Assembly: GCA_965249725.1 (NCBI GenBank)
Contig: CBDFMQ010000002.1
Span: 768,001 to 832,000, forward strand
DNA from: Longimicrobiales bacterium
Lineage (GTDB): Bacteria > Gemmatimonadota > Gemmatimonadetes > Longimicrobiales > Gaopeijiaceae
DNA length: 64,000 bases
Direction of reading: 5' to 3'
The notes below the pieces were generated by a model. It searched no databases and had not been told where the DNA came from. It worked only from the letters and a program-made list of their open reading frames with translations. Of the stretch, positions 1-9,185 are shown piece after piece (the first letter of the stretch is position 1; each line of letters starts with the position of its first letter). The position numbers and the translations under genes were made by a program.

Positions 1-585
1 GTTCAGCCAGCCGCGGGCAACGGCGTCCCCGGCCCAAGCACCACCCCAGCAGTCCGCTTGGAGCCGGAGCGTCTTTGGTGTGAGCCAGATCGACCACTCG
101 AGTAGCCAGGATATGTGACCGCCCAATGCGTGCGAGAGGATGAAGGCCGGGCCCATGTCTCCGACGAGATCCAGAGAGGTCTGGAGCATGTTCAGATCGT
201 AGTAGATGCCCTCGCCTCTGGAGCAATACTCGACGTTCTGTGAATAGACGACGCCACACCCTGTCGTGACCGCATTGGAGAACGCCGAGAAGATGTCGAT
301 AGGCCGATAGACCTCTCCGTAGGCGGGAAAGGCCGATTCCCAGTACTGCTCTAAATCGACACGGATCGACTCGTAAAACTCCTCCGTCGTGTCCGGACAC
401 CCGTCGCCATCCATGATCCGGTTAACGGTTTCAGGCTCACTGGGACACGCATCGACCTGGTTGAGAACCCCGTCGTGGTCCGAGTCGAACCCCGGATCGT
501 CGAGCCCTAGCAGATCCCCACTTCCACACCCCACCAAGAGGAAGGCGCACAAGCAAAGGGCTGTCGCGGTCAGGGACCGGCGCAC
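1..585 (-). CDS. Lipoprotein with a TSP3-like Ca-binding repeat and a degenerate neutral zinc metallopeptidase (YpfJ-like) domain; 3' end runs off the window
   Basis: My own translation (not in the ORF track): GTG start, lipobox LLVGC, DSDHDGVLNQVDACP...DGDGCPD repeat, then YCS..IYYD, AFILSHALGGH and RLQADCWGGAWA, resembling the family motifs HExGH and ELQADC. Confidence 0.7.
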   Translation of the reverse strand, partial: MRRSLTATALCLCAFLLVGCGSGDLLGLDDPGFDSDHDGVLNQVDACPSEPETVNRIMDGDGCPDTTEEFYESIRVDLEQYWESAFPAYGEVYRPIDIFSAFSNAVTTGCGVVYSQNVEYCSRGEGIYYDLNMLQTSLDLVGDMGPAFILSHALGGHISWLLEWSIWLTPKTLRLQADCWGGAWAGDAVARGWLN

Positions 586-809
586 TGGCAACGCTCCCGG
601 AGGATTGCAGGACGGATCTAGGTCAGATACGTCCGGAGCGTCCTGTTGTGACAAGTGTCGGCTCGGCAATGTCGCCATCGTGGGTGTCCCTACCCTGCGT
701 ACCGCTGGTAGCTGCCGGCTGGCGAATCACGTATTAGGTTGCCCCTGCGGCCGTGGTCCGGCTCCAGTACCTTAGATCAATCTCAGTCCCCAGGCGAGAG
801 ATTCCTTTC

Positions 810-1091
810 ATGGCCATGCACCTGTATCCAGATCATGCCCACCCCGTCGGCATCAGTGGGAGACCCTGGTTCAGGGTAAAGGACGACAAGTTGTTCCCCG
901 ATGTCGGTCACCCCAAGCGGATCGACTTCAAGCCTTGGTTCGTCATCAAAGACGCCAAGGTCTACCCGACGCCGGGGCACCCCAGTGGTAGGAGTTCTCG
1001 CGCGTGGTTCAGGGTGGAGAACGGCAAGCTGTTTCCCGACGTCGGGCATCCTGACGGACACGGCGTCCGGGCGTGGTACCAGATTCGGTAG
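810..1091 (+). CDS. Small hypothetical protein made of four ~23-aa repeats
   Basis: ORF 753..1091, likely ATG at 810; motif (Y/F)PxxxHPxGxxxx(P/A)W(F/Y)x(V/I) occurs four times. Confidence 0.7.
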   Translation: MAMHLYPDHAHPVGISGRPWFRVKDDKLFPDVGHPKRIDFKPWFVIKDAKVYPTPGHPSGRSSRAWFRVENGKLFPDVGHPDGHGVRAWYQIR

Positions 1092-1105
1092 TCCGGCAGC
1101 GCGCC

Positions 1106-1321
1106 CTAGTCTTCCGCCGGTGCGGCCAACGTACCCTCGAATCCGTTGGTCTTGTGGCTTCCATCACAGAAGGGCTTCCGACTCGAGCCGCCGCAGCGAC
1201 ATAGCGAGTAGGGCTTGCCCTCGGCGGTGGGAATGGCATTCCCCTCGCTGTCGACCATGGGAATCTCCCCATCGATTTTGAGCGATCCATTCTCGCGGAT
1301 TGTGATCAGCGGGTCCGACAA
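1106..1321 (-). CDS. CDGSH iron-sulfur domain protein
   Basis: LCRCGGSSRKPFCDGSH motif; AGGAGG RBS before the TTG start. Confidence 0.92.
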   Translation of the reverse strand: MSDPLITIRENGSLKIDGEIPMVDSEGNAIPTAEGKPYSLCRCGGSSRKPFCDGSHKTNGFEGTLAAPAED

Positions 1322-1464
1322 GTCTTCCTCCTGAGATCATGTGACGTAGGAACCCCGGGATACCCCACCTCCGGCTCCGGTTCCAACGCCGGGTGGCCGT
1401 CGTCTTGGAGCCTCTTAGGCCGGGGGGTAGATTCCCGGTGTCCAATCCACCCTTGCAGTGCGGT

Positions 1465-2703
1465 ATGCGTGTGAGCTGTTGGAATCGTAGGGAATCCGTC
1501 GAGGTCGATGTCGGAGGCGTGCGAGTCGGGGGAATGAACCCGGTTGTGGTGCAGTCGATGACCAACACCGATACGGCCGACGTCGAGGCGACCACGACCC
1601 AGGTCCGAGAGCTGGCCGAGGCCGGTAGTGAACTCGTTCGAGTTACGGTCAACAACGACGCGGCGGCCGCGGCCGTTCCCAAGATCTCCGCGCGTCTGCG
1701 GGCCGAGGGGATCGACGTTCCGATCGTCGGAGACTTCCACTACAACGGGCACCTGCTCCTCGCGGCCCATCCGCAATGTGCCGAGGCCTTGGCCAAGTAC
1801 CGGATCAACCCCGGGAACGTGGGCACGAAACACCGCGACGCGAATTTTCAGAAGATCATCGAGGTCGCGATCGCCAACGACACCCCGGTTCGCATCGGCG
1901 TGAACTGGGGATCACTGGATCAGAGACTCCTGACCGAGTTGATGGACGAGAACGCCGCCCTGGCCGACCCAAAGGACGGACGTGAGGTCCTGATCGACGC
2001 CATGGTCGAGAGTGGCATGCGTTCCGCCGCGTTGGCGGAGGAGATCGGGTTGGCGCACGACATGATCATCCTCAGCGCCAAGGTCTCCGAGGTGCCGGAT
2101 CTGATCGAGGTGTACCGTCTGTTGGCGGACCGAAGTGACTATCCGCTCCATCTGGGCCTGACCGAGGCGGGAATGGGGACGAAGGGCGTGGTCGCCACCG
2201 CCGTCGGCATCGGGCCGCTCCTCATCGACGGAATCGGAGACACGATTCGGGTCTCGCTGACTCCCGAGCCCGGCGGGGACCGGGCCGAAGAGGTTCGGGT
2301 GGCCCGGCAGATCCTGCAATCACTACAGATCCGCAGCTTCGAGCCTCAAGTCACGGCATGCCCCGGTTGTGGCCGCACGACGAGCACGTTCTTTCAGGAG
2401 ATGGCGCAGGACATCCACACTCACATTCAGGACCAGATGCCCCGGTGGCAGGAGGCATACCCCGGGGTCGAGGAGATGACGGTTGCCGTCATGGGCTGCG
2501 TTGTGAACGGGCCTGGGGAGTCGAAGCACGCCAACCTGGGCATTTCGTTGCCGGGTACGTCCGAGGAGCCGAAGGCCCCCGTCTATGTGGACGGGGAACA
2601 CCACTCGACGCTTCACGGCGACGGTCTGGTAGACGAATTCAAGGCGATCCTGGACGATTACGTGCTGACCCACTACGGCGAAGGCACGGCCGCCAGAGGC
2701 TGA
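1465..2703 (+). CDS. ispG: (E)-4-hydroxy-3-methylbut-2-enyl-diphosphate synthase
   Basis: [54 protein letters not shown]; start codon uncertain. Confidence 0.97.
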   Translation: MRVSCWNRRESVEVDVGGVRVGGMNPVVVQSMTNTDTADVEATTTQVRELAEAGSELVRVTVNNDAAAAAVPKISARLRAEGIDVPIVGDFHYNGHLLLAAHPQCAEALAKYRINPGNVGTKHRDANFQKIIEVAIANDTPVRIGVNWGSLDQRLLTELMDENAALADPKDGREVLIDAMVESGMRSAALAEEIGLAHDMIILSAKVSEVPDLIEVYRLLADRSDYPLHLGLTEAGMGTKGVVATAVGIGPLLIDGIGDTIRVSLTPEPGGDRAEEVRVARQILQSLQIRSFEPQVTACPGCGRTTSTFFQEMAQDIHTHIQDQMPRWQEAYPGVEEMTVAVMGCVVNGPGESKHANLGISLPGTSEEPKAPVYVDGEHHSTLHGDGLVDEFKAILDDYVLTHYGEGTAARG

Positions 2704-4865
2704 GGAGAAGCTCCATCTGAGGTGCGGCTGGCGAAGAGGAACGCCAAGAGATACGCGGCGATCGCCACCAATGTCATCGCGCGGAACCCCAACGCCATCG
2801 AAAAGAACTCGGTCAATCCGCCGACTACGGCCCCCAGCAAGTTCCAACCGAACGCCAGATCTGCGGCGGGCCGCGCTTTGAAGCGGGCCGCGAAACAAAG
2901 CGACGCGAAGATGACTGGGGCCGCTACGTAGAGGACGGACAACGCGAGTCGTGTGGGTGGATCGGTGCGGAGCAATGCTTCAATTGGGATGGCATAGGTG
3001 ACGAGTAGGGCCATGACCAGCCCCACACCCGCCAGGGTCCACGGCACGGGCTTCAGCTCCATGAGGACCGTTCCGACGAGAATGGTCAACAGAATAGCTC
3101 CGAAGACCACGGCCGAGGTTAGCCACGTAGCACCCCACAACAGGTTCATCGCAGTGACGAACTTCGTCTCGATCAAGAGGAAGGCGAATCCGTACAGAAA
3201 CATCTCGACGTCCACTCCGCTCCGTCGCACCAATCCCGATCTCATGCCTCTCGATGTACCGAAAATCGCGAGAACACTGAGGAGGACCAGGATACCGATC
3301 ATGCTGAGATAAAAGGAATTCACCCCAGGTGTGGGGAGGTATAGATACGGCCAGTCATCGTTGGGGAGGCCCACAAGTGCCCCCTCCTGCAAATACCAGG
3401 CGCCGGGATCGATGGGGGCGGCGAAGTTCTCGAAGGCCGGGCCGGCCATGAAGATGACGTTGAACATGTTGTAGAATGCCCGGTGAATAACGGGCATCCG
3501 CCCGAAGGTGGTGGCGAGAAGCGCGGTGAGGTGCTCGAAGATGTAGTCGTCGCCCACCGAGAAGAACATCACCATTCCCCCGTCGGGCGTGAGCCGGTCA
3601 CGCGCAGCCGCCAGGGCCTCTTGAGTGTACACGAAGTTGTCGAGGCGCACGTTGGAGAGCGCGGAGAGGCGGGTCATGGAGTCCAGGGTGCCGAAGACGA
3701 TCAGATCGAACTGCTCTGTGGTCTCGTTCAAGAACGAACGCGCGTCTACCTGGTGGACCGTGACCCGGGGATCCGCGTAGGGGAGGTTCGGGTGCACCTC
3801 TCTCCCCAAGCTCAGGATGACCGGATCGATCTCCACCGCGTGGACTTCGGCGGCCCCCTCTGCCAGAAGGACCGCCACATCGTTTCCGGTACCGGCTCCG
3901 AGCACCAGAGCCTTTCTTATGGGCCGCCCTAGGCGCCGGTAGGGGAGACGGTACCCTACCAGGGTTGTTTGGCGATCCTCGAAGCCCAGGTATTCACCGG
4001 AAAAATCGATGGCGATCTGATGAAGAGACCCGTTTGCCAGGATGTTGTGGTCGGGGCTGTTTTCGACGGGGACGTCGGTCACGGCGTAGTAGGGGCTGTA
4101 CTGCTCCGGACCGGTCATGCGGATTATGACGAGAAGGATCACCACCGCTGCCACCGCGAAGAAGATCCGTAGACGGGGCCGCCTGAACACCAAAAACAGC
4201 CCACCGAGAAGGGCGGGCAGGAACCACCAGACCGGCCGAAGCCCGGAAAAGGACACCGCGGTGAAGCACACCACGCCTAGCAAAGAGCCTGCCAGGTCCA
4301 AAGAGTAGCCCCAAAGGGCCGAGCTGTTCATCCGGAAGGACTCGAGGCGGACCCCGACGTATTGGCCGAGAGGTACGAACGTGATCGCGCTGAGTGAAAA
4401 AAGTGTGATCAGGGGAACACGAATCCCCTCGATGACAGGTGCATTCTCGGGTAGGTCCACATAGAGAAGCCAAAGGTGTTCTGTGACCGCGTTGGCCGTG
4501 AACGCCACGCGTCCCATAGCCCACGCACTGGCCACGAGCACTAGGAGCCCGGTGGGCCATATCCACATCAGTGATTTTGCCCGGGCTTGAAGCGCCCCAA
4601 TTCCCAAGCCCAGGAACGCGCTCAGGAGTATCAGATTCGGGAAGTACGCCACGACCCGCACCTCGACCGGGAGCCACCGAATCAACGCCAGTTCCTGAAA
4701 GAGCACGACGAAAGACGCAGCCACGAGCTCCGCACCGTGCCGTCTCGTTGAAAAGTCCTGAGTCTCGATCGCAAGCCTCCAGTCGAAGAGCCGGTGCTTT
4801 GAGTGGGGCCGCGGCCCCGATGCGCCGATGGGGCGAAGACTAGGGAACAGGGTCCCTGAAGGCAA
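2673..4865 (-). CDS. Multi-pass membrane protein with a spermidine-synthase-like SAM-dependent domain
   Basis: TM blocks flank [21 protein letters not shown] and DDWPYLY; true start may be downstream of 4865. Confidence 0.85.
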   Translation of the reverse strand: MPSGTLFPSLRPIGASGPRPHSKHRLFDWRLAIETQDFSTRRHGAELVAASFVVLFQELALIRWLPVEVRVVAYFPNLILLSAFLGLGIGALQARAKSLMWIWPTGLLVLVASAWAMGRVAFTANAVTEHLWLLYVDLPENAPVIEGIRVPLITLFSLSAITFVPLGQYVGVRLESFRMNSSALWGYSLDLAGSLLGVVCFTAVSFSGLRPVWWFLPALLGGLFLVFRRPRLRIFFAVAAVVILLVIIRMTGPEQYSPYYAVTDVPVENSPDHNILANGSLHQIAIDFSGEYLGFEDRQTTLVGYRLPYRRLGRPIRKALVLGAGTGNDVAVLLAEGAAEVHAVEIDPVILSLGREVHPNLPYADPRVTVHQVDARSFLNETTEQFDLIVFGTLDSMTRLSALSNVRLDNFVYTQEALAAARDRLTPDGGMVMFFSVGDDYIFEHLTALLATTFGRMPVIHRAFYNMFNVIFMAGPAFENFAAPIDPGAWYLQEGALVGLPNDDWPYLYLPTPGVNSFYLSMIGILVLLSVLAIFGTSRGMRSGLVRRSGVDVEMFLYGFAFLLIETKFVTAMNLLWGATWLTSAVVFGAILLTILVGTVLMELKPVPWTLAGVGLVMALLVTYAIPIEALLRTDPPTRLALSVLYVAAPVIFASLCFAARFKARPAADLAFGWNLLGAVVGGLTEFFSMALGFRAMTLVAIAAYLLAFLFASRTSDGASPQPLAAVPSP

Positions 4866-5048
4866 AAGAGAGTGATGTACCGGTCTTTACAGGGCTGGGG
4901 CCCTGGTCTATCTCTGTAGCCTGCGGCGGAGCGCCGTCAACACCGGACGACGACTCGAGGTTCAATTGCCGTCGTTCAGCGCCTTCGCCGCGGTGGGACC
5001 ACGATCTATAAATAACCTTATTGCACACTAGCTAACTCGCTGTAACAT

Positions 5049-6515
5049 ATGACGATACGCGTACGGTTTCCTCCCTCTCCAACTGGATATCTCCACGTCG
5101 GTGGGGCGCGCACAGCCTTGTTCAACTGGCTGTTTGCGCGGCGACAGGCAGGGGTCCTGGTGCTCCGCATCGAGGACACCGATAGAGATCGGTCCAAGCC
5201 CGAGCACACCGAGGCAATCCTACATGCGCTCCGGTGGCTCGGGTTGGACTGGGATGAAGGTCCGTACTACCAGAGCGACGGAGTCGAGCGGCACCGGCAG
5301 GATGCGCTCGCTTTGCTGGCATCCGGGAAGGCGTACCGAGACTTCACGACCCCGGAGGAGCTGGCTCGAGAGAGAGAGGCGGCCAAGGGCGGGGCCTCGG
5401 ACCGGCGCGGGCCCCGAAGGCGTGCGGAGGCGTTGAGTTCCAGTGACGCCGATGAGCTTGCTGCCACGGGGGCTCCCCATGCGGTGCGCTTTCGTGTGCC
5501 GGACGGAGTGACCGTGTGGGAGGACATGGTGCACGGTGAAATGTCCTTTCAGAACAGGGATATCGACGATCTGGTCATCCTGCGCAGCGACGGGAGCCCC
5601 ACGTACAATCTCGCCGTGGCCTCGGACGATGCAGACCAGCGGATCAGCCACGTCATCCGGGGCGATGACCACCTCTCGAACACGCCGAAACAGATTCTGA
5701 CCTATGAGGCGATGGGCTGGCCCGTGCCGATTTTCGGCCATGTTCCCATGATTCTGGGCTCCGACGGCAAGAGGCTCTCGAAACGCCATGGGGCTACAGC
5801 AGTGGGGGAGTACGAGCAGGAAGGCTTCCTTGCCAAGTCCATCGTCAACTTCCTGGCGCTGTTGGGTTGGAATCCCGGGGACGAACAGGAGGTGATGACC
5901 GTAGTGGAGCTCATCGCTCGCTTCTCGATGGACCGGGTCCTCAAGAAGAGCGCTGTTTTCGACCCAAAGAAGCTGGACTGGCTCTCCGGACAGCACTTCA
6001 ACGCCAGCACGGCCGTTGAGCTGGAACCCTATCTCACCGAGGGGTTGGAGGCCGCGGGCCTGGCCACTCGAGCCGAACTCGAGGAACGCTGGGACTGGTA
6101 CCTGCGCCTCATCGATCTCCTGAAAACGCGGGCGCGCCGCGTCTCGGATCTCGTCGGCCTGGCACGTCCGTTCCTATCGGAAAAGGTAGAACTGGACCCT
6201 GACGCGGTCCGAAAACACTGGCTCAAGTCACCTGAGGAGGCCTCGGAGCGCCTGAGGAGCCTACGACAGCGGTTGTCGGACACGTCGTGGGAACTCGAGG
6301 CCATGGAAAAGGCCGTAAGGGGTTATGCAGAAGAGACTTCCGTCGGTGCAGGTAAGGTGATTCACCCGCTTCGAGTGGCCGTTACGGGTCGCGCGGCGAG
6401 CCCCGGGATCTTCGAAGTTCTCGATTTCTTAGGCAGGGAGCGGGTTCTGGCCCGCTTGGATGAAGCGATCGAGCGTCTGGAAGCCCCGGAGACGCTGCCG
6501 TCGGGCCCGGAATAG
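5049..6515 (+). CDS. gltX: Glutamate--tRNA ligase
   Basis: RFPPSPTGYLHVG (HIGH-like), LRIEDTD, IRGDDH, RLSKR (KMSKS-like). Confidence 0.97.
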   Translation: MTIRVRFPPSPTGYLHVGGARTALFNWLFARRQAGVLVLRIEDTDRDRSKPEHTEAILHALRWLGLDWDEGPYYQSDGVERHRQDALALLASGKAYRDFTTPEELAREREAAKGGASDRRGPRRRAEALSSSDADELAATGAPHAVRFRVPDGVTVWEDMVHGEMSFQNRDIDDLVILRSDGSPTYNLAVASDDADQRISHVIRGDDHLSNTPKQILTYEAMGWPVPIFGHVPMILGSDGKRLSKRHGATAVGEYEQEGFLAKSIVNFLALLGWNPGDEQEVMTVVELIARFSMDRVLKKSAVFDPKKLDWLSGQHFNASTAVELEPYLTEGLEAAGLATRAELEERWDWYLRLIDLLKTRARRVSDLVGLARPFLSEKVELDPDAVRKHWLKSPEEASERLRSLRQRLSDTSWELEAMEKAVRGYAEETSVGAGKVIHPLRVAVTGRAASPGIFEVLDFLGRERVLARLDEAIERLEAPETLPSGPE

Positions 6516-6593
6516 TATCATTCCTTGACTAGTCGGAATGCGGCGCATTAGGATGTCGTCACCCCGGCCCCGACAAGACCCTTTCGGTGGCGG

Positions 6594-6610
6594 GAACAGG
6601 TGTTTATTCT
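6594..6610 (+). promoter_or_regulatory. SOS-box-like site GAAC-AGGT-GTTT next to a TATTCT -10-like hexamer upstream of the LexA-like gene
   Basis: One mismatch to the GAAC-N4-GTTC box; about 55 bp upstream of ATG 6660. Confidence 0.4.
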
Positions 6611-6659
6611 CTACGTAGGCGTCCGCCAAGGACGGTATCCAAGAATATCGGAGTACGGG

Positions 6660-7313
6660 ATGGAGCAGAGCATCACAGAGATCGAGCGCAAGATCCTCGA
6701 CTTCATGGTGCACTATCTCCGTACCAACACCTACCAGCCCTCCATCCGGGAGATCGGCGAACGGTTCGGTATCAAGAGCACCAAGACCGTCTCCGAACAT
6801 CTTCAGGCCCTCGCCGACAAGGGGTTCCTCGAGCGGGATCCCTCCCGGTCACGCGGCGTGAAGATTCTGGGTGTGGATCTCAGCGCTCAGACGGTTTCTG
6901 TTCCGTGCTATCACGAACTCCCGCAAGATCGGGTGGGCCTGAGGACCGAACAGGCCGAGATGCACCTCACCATGGACCGGCGTCTCGCCGGGGCGAAGGG
7001 ATCATTCTTCGTACGTGCCCAGGGAGAGGAATTCGCATCGCTCGGGATCCTCGAGGGTGACTATCTGCTCGTGGAGCCGGTCGCGGTCGAAGAGCTCGCG
7101 GACGACGCCATCGTGGTCGCGCGGGTCGAGGGTGGACCGTCGTTCTACGAGTTCTCGAGGAATGGGCGCGGTGTCTTCCTCACGCCGGTGCGCGGAGGGG
7201 AGCCGGCGACTGCGGTGGAGGATCCCTCCCGGCTCCAGCTGATTGGACGCGTCGTGGCCCTTTACCGGCGCCTGGACGACGCCACCATCCTGGTCAGCAC
7301 CACGGCCCACTAG
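6660..7313 (+). CDS. lexA: LexA-like repressor with an intact winged-HTH and a degenerate S24 peptidase domain
   Basis: YQPSIREIGERFGIKSTKTVSEHLQALADKGFLER; the C-domain aligns (LGILEGDYLLV, IVVARV, IGRVV) but lacks the AG site, GDSM and the catalytic Lys. Confidence 0.8.
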   Translation: MEQSITEIERKILDFMVHYLRTNTYQPSIREIGERFGIKSTKTVSEHLQALADKGFLERDPSRSRGVKILGVDLSAQTVSVPCYHELPQDRVGLRTEQAEMHLTMDRRLAGAKGSFFVRAQGEEFASLGILEGDYLLVEPVAVEELADDAIVVARVEGGPSFYEFSRNGRGVFLTPVRGGEPATAVEDPSRLQLIGRVVALYRRLDDATILVSTTAH

Positions 7314-7318
7314 AGGAT

Positions 7319-7864
7319 GTGTCCTCCGGGGGTTCTCCCTGGACATCACCTTCCGGTAGTCTAGCATTGAGCGCCTTCACGTCTTCCTCCGTGGTCAACT
7401 GGACCCCGCCGGAGTCCTCCGATTCCATGTGGATGGCCCGGGCCTTGGAGATGGCCAAAGTGGCCGGCGCGCAGGAAGAGGTCCCGGTGGGCGCCGTGCT
7501 CACCTGGCAGGGGCGCCTCTTGGCCGAGGGGCACAACCTGACCGTTACCGCGAAGGACCCTACGGGGCATGCCGAGGTCGTGGTGCTCCGCGAAGCCGCG
7601 CGACGCCTCGGTGACTGGAGGCTCCTCGAGTGCACTCTCTACGTGACGTTGGAGCCGTGTGCCATGTGTGCGGGCGCCCTGGTCTTGTCGCGCCTTCCAC
7701 GGCTGGTATACGGAGCTTCGGACCCGAAGGCCGGCATGGTGGGGAGCCTCGAGAATCTGGTCCAAGACGAGCGACTGAATCACGCGATGACGGTCACGGG
7801 TGGGGTCCTGGCCGATGCGTGTGGGATGTTGTTGAAGGACTTTTTCCGTGCCCGCCGCGGATAG
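7319..7864 (+). CDS. tadA: tRNA adenosine(34) deaminase
   Basis: EVPVGAV, HAE, TLEPCAMCAGA, DPKAG; start uncertain. Confidence 0.93.
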   Translation: MSSGGSPWTSPSGSLALSAFTSSSVVNWTPPESSDSMWMARALEMAKVAGAQEEVPVGAVLTWQGRLLAEGHNLTVTAKDPTGHAEVVVLREAARRLGDWRLLECTLYVTLEPCAMCAGALVLSRLPRLVYGASDPKAGMVGSLENLVQDERLNHAMTVTGGVLADACGMLLKDFFRARRG

Positions 7865-7871
7865 CGGTCGC

Positions 7872-9185
7872 ATGAGGGGGCTCCGAACGATTGGAGCCTT
7901 GGCCGTAGCCATCCTACTGGGCGGTGGCTGCCAAACGGTAGGATCGACGGGGGGCAGGGCAGACCCACCCGGTCCCCGTGGGGCTCCGGCCCGTCGGGAT
8001 GAGGCCCCGGCGAGGCCTCCGTTGTCGTCGAACGCCGTGCCGGCGAAGCGAGGCCTCTGGGTCGTGAGGACTACTTTGGGACACCCCGACTCGGTGCGAA
8101 CCATGGTGAGCCGCGCGGCCGATGCCGGCTTCAACACGCTGCTCGTCCAGGTGAGGGGCAGGGGGGACAGCTACTACTCGGGTGGAATCGAACCGCGAGC
8201 CGACGCTCTGCGCCGCCAGCCCGAGTTCGATCCTCTGGCGTTGACCCTCGAGGAGGCGCACCGCAGGGGGCTCGAGGTGCACGCGTGGATGAACGTCCAT
8301 CTGGTCTCGAACGCGTCGCGCCTGCCCACCGACCGCGAGCACCTGGTACACGCCAGGCCCGACCTTCTGGCCGTGCCGCGGGACCTTGCGGGCGAGTTGC
8401 ACTCCATGGCCCCGGAGCGATCGGAGTACCTCGAGCGTTTGCGGCGGCATGCGGATGAGAACCGGAACCGAGTGGAAGGGCTCTATTCGAGCCCGTCCCA
8501 TCCCGTGGTCAAGGAACGGGTCTATTCGGTCGCAATGGACCTGGTGGACCGCTATGACGTCGACGGGATTCACCTGGACTACGTACGCTACCCCAGCGAC
8601 GACTACGACTATTCCCGGGCGGCGCTCACGCGTTTCGATTCATGGGTCGGAGAGAGGGTATCGCCCGCCCGTCGCGTACAGCTGGATGAGGCATTGGCGA
8701 CCGACCCTCTGGCCTATGCCGACGCCCTTCCCGGGCCGTGGTCCGAGTTTCGGCGGACGCATATCACGGATCTGGTCGCTCGTATCTACACCGGGGTGAA
8801 ACGGCGGCGACCCGGGGTGGTGGTATCGGCAGCGGTCTTTCCCGATGCCCGGGATTCGTTCACGCAACGACATCAGGACTGGGAGGGCTGGCTGCGCGCG
8901 GGCATCATCGACGCGGTGGCTCCCATGGCCTATACGGCTGACGACGCACGATACGAGGAGCTCATCGAGCACGTCGTGAGCGTGGGCGGAGCGGAGCGTG
9001 TGTGGGCCGGTATCGGAACTCACGTGGCCACGTACGAGGGCACCGTAGACATGATCGGCACAGCCCGTCGGATGGGGGTACGAGGCGTCATGCTCTTCTC
9101 ATACGATTGGGCCGTGTCTTCCGGGGAAGACTCCGGGGACGTGCCGTTCCTACACCGTGTCGGCGAGGCCGGCTTCGGGCGCTAG
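7872..9185 (+). CDS. GHL10/YddW-like glycosyl hydrolase lipoprotein
   Basis: Lipobox-like LGGGC, VQVRGRGD, HAWMN, YDVDGIHLDYVRYP, QDW, PMAY. Confidence 0.88.
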   Translation: MRGLRTIGALAVAILLGGGCQTVGSTGGRADPPGPRGAPARRDEAPARPPLSSNAVPAKRGLWVVRTTLGHPDSVRTMVSRAADAGFNTLLVQVRGRGDSYYSGGIEPRADALRRQPEFDPLALTLEEAHRRGLEVHAWMNVHLVSNASRLPTDREHLVHARPDLLAVPRDLAGELHSMAPERSEYLERLRRHADENRNRVEGLYSSPSHPVVKERVYSVAMDLVDRYDVDGIHLDYVRYPSDDYDYSRAALTRFDSWVGERVSPARRVQLDEALATDPLAYADALPGPWSEFRRTHITDLVARIYTGVKRRRPGVVVSAAVFPDARDSFTQRHQDWEGWLRAGIIDAVAPMAYTADDARYEELIEHVVSVGGAERVWAGIGTHVATYEGTVDMIGTARRMGVRGVMLFSYDWAVSSGEDSGDVPFLHRVGEAGFGR

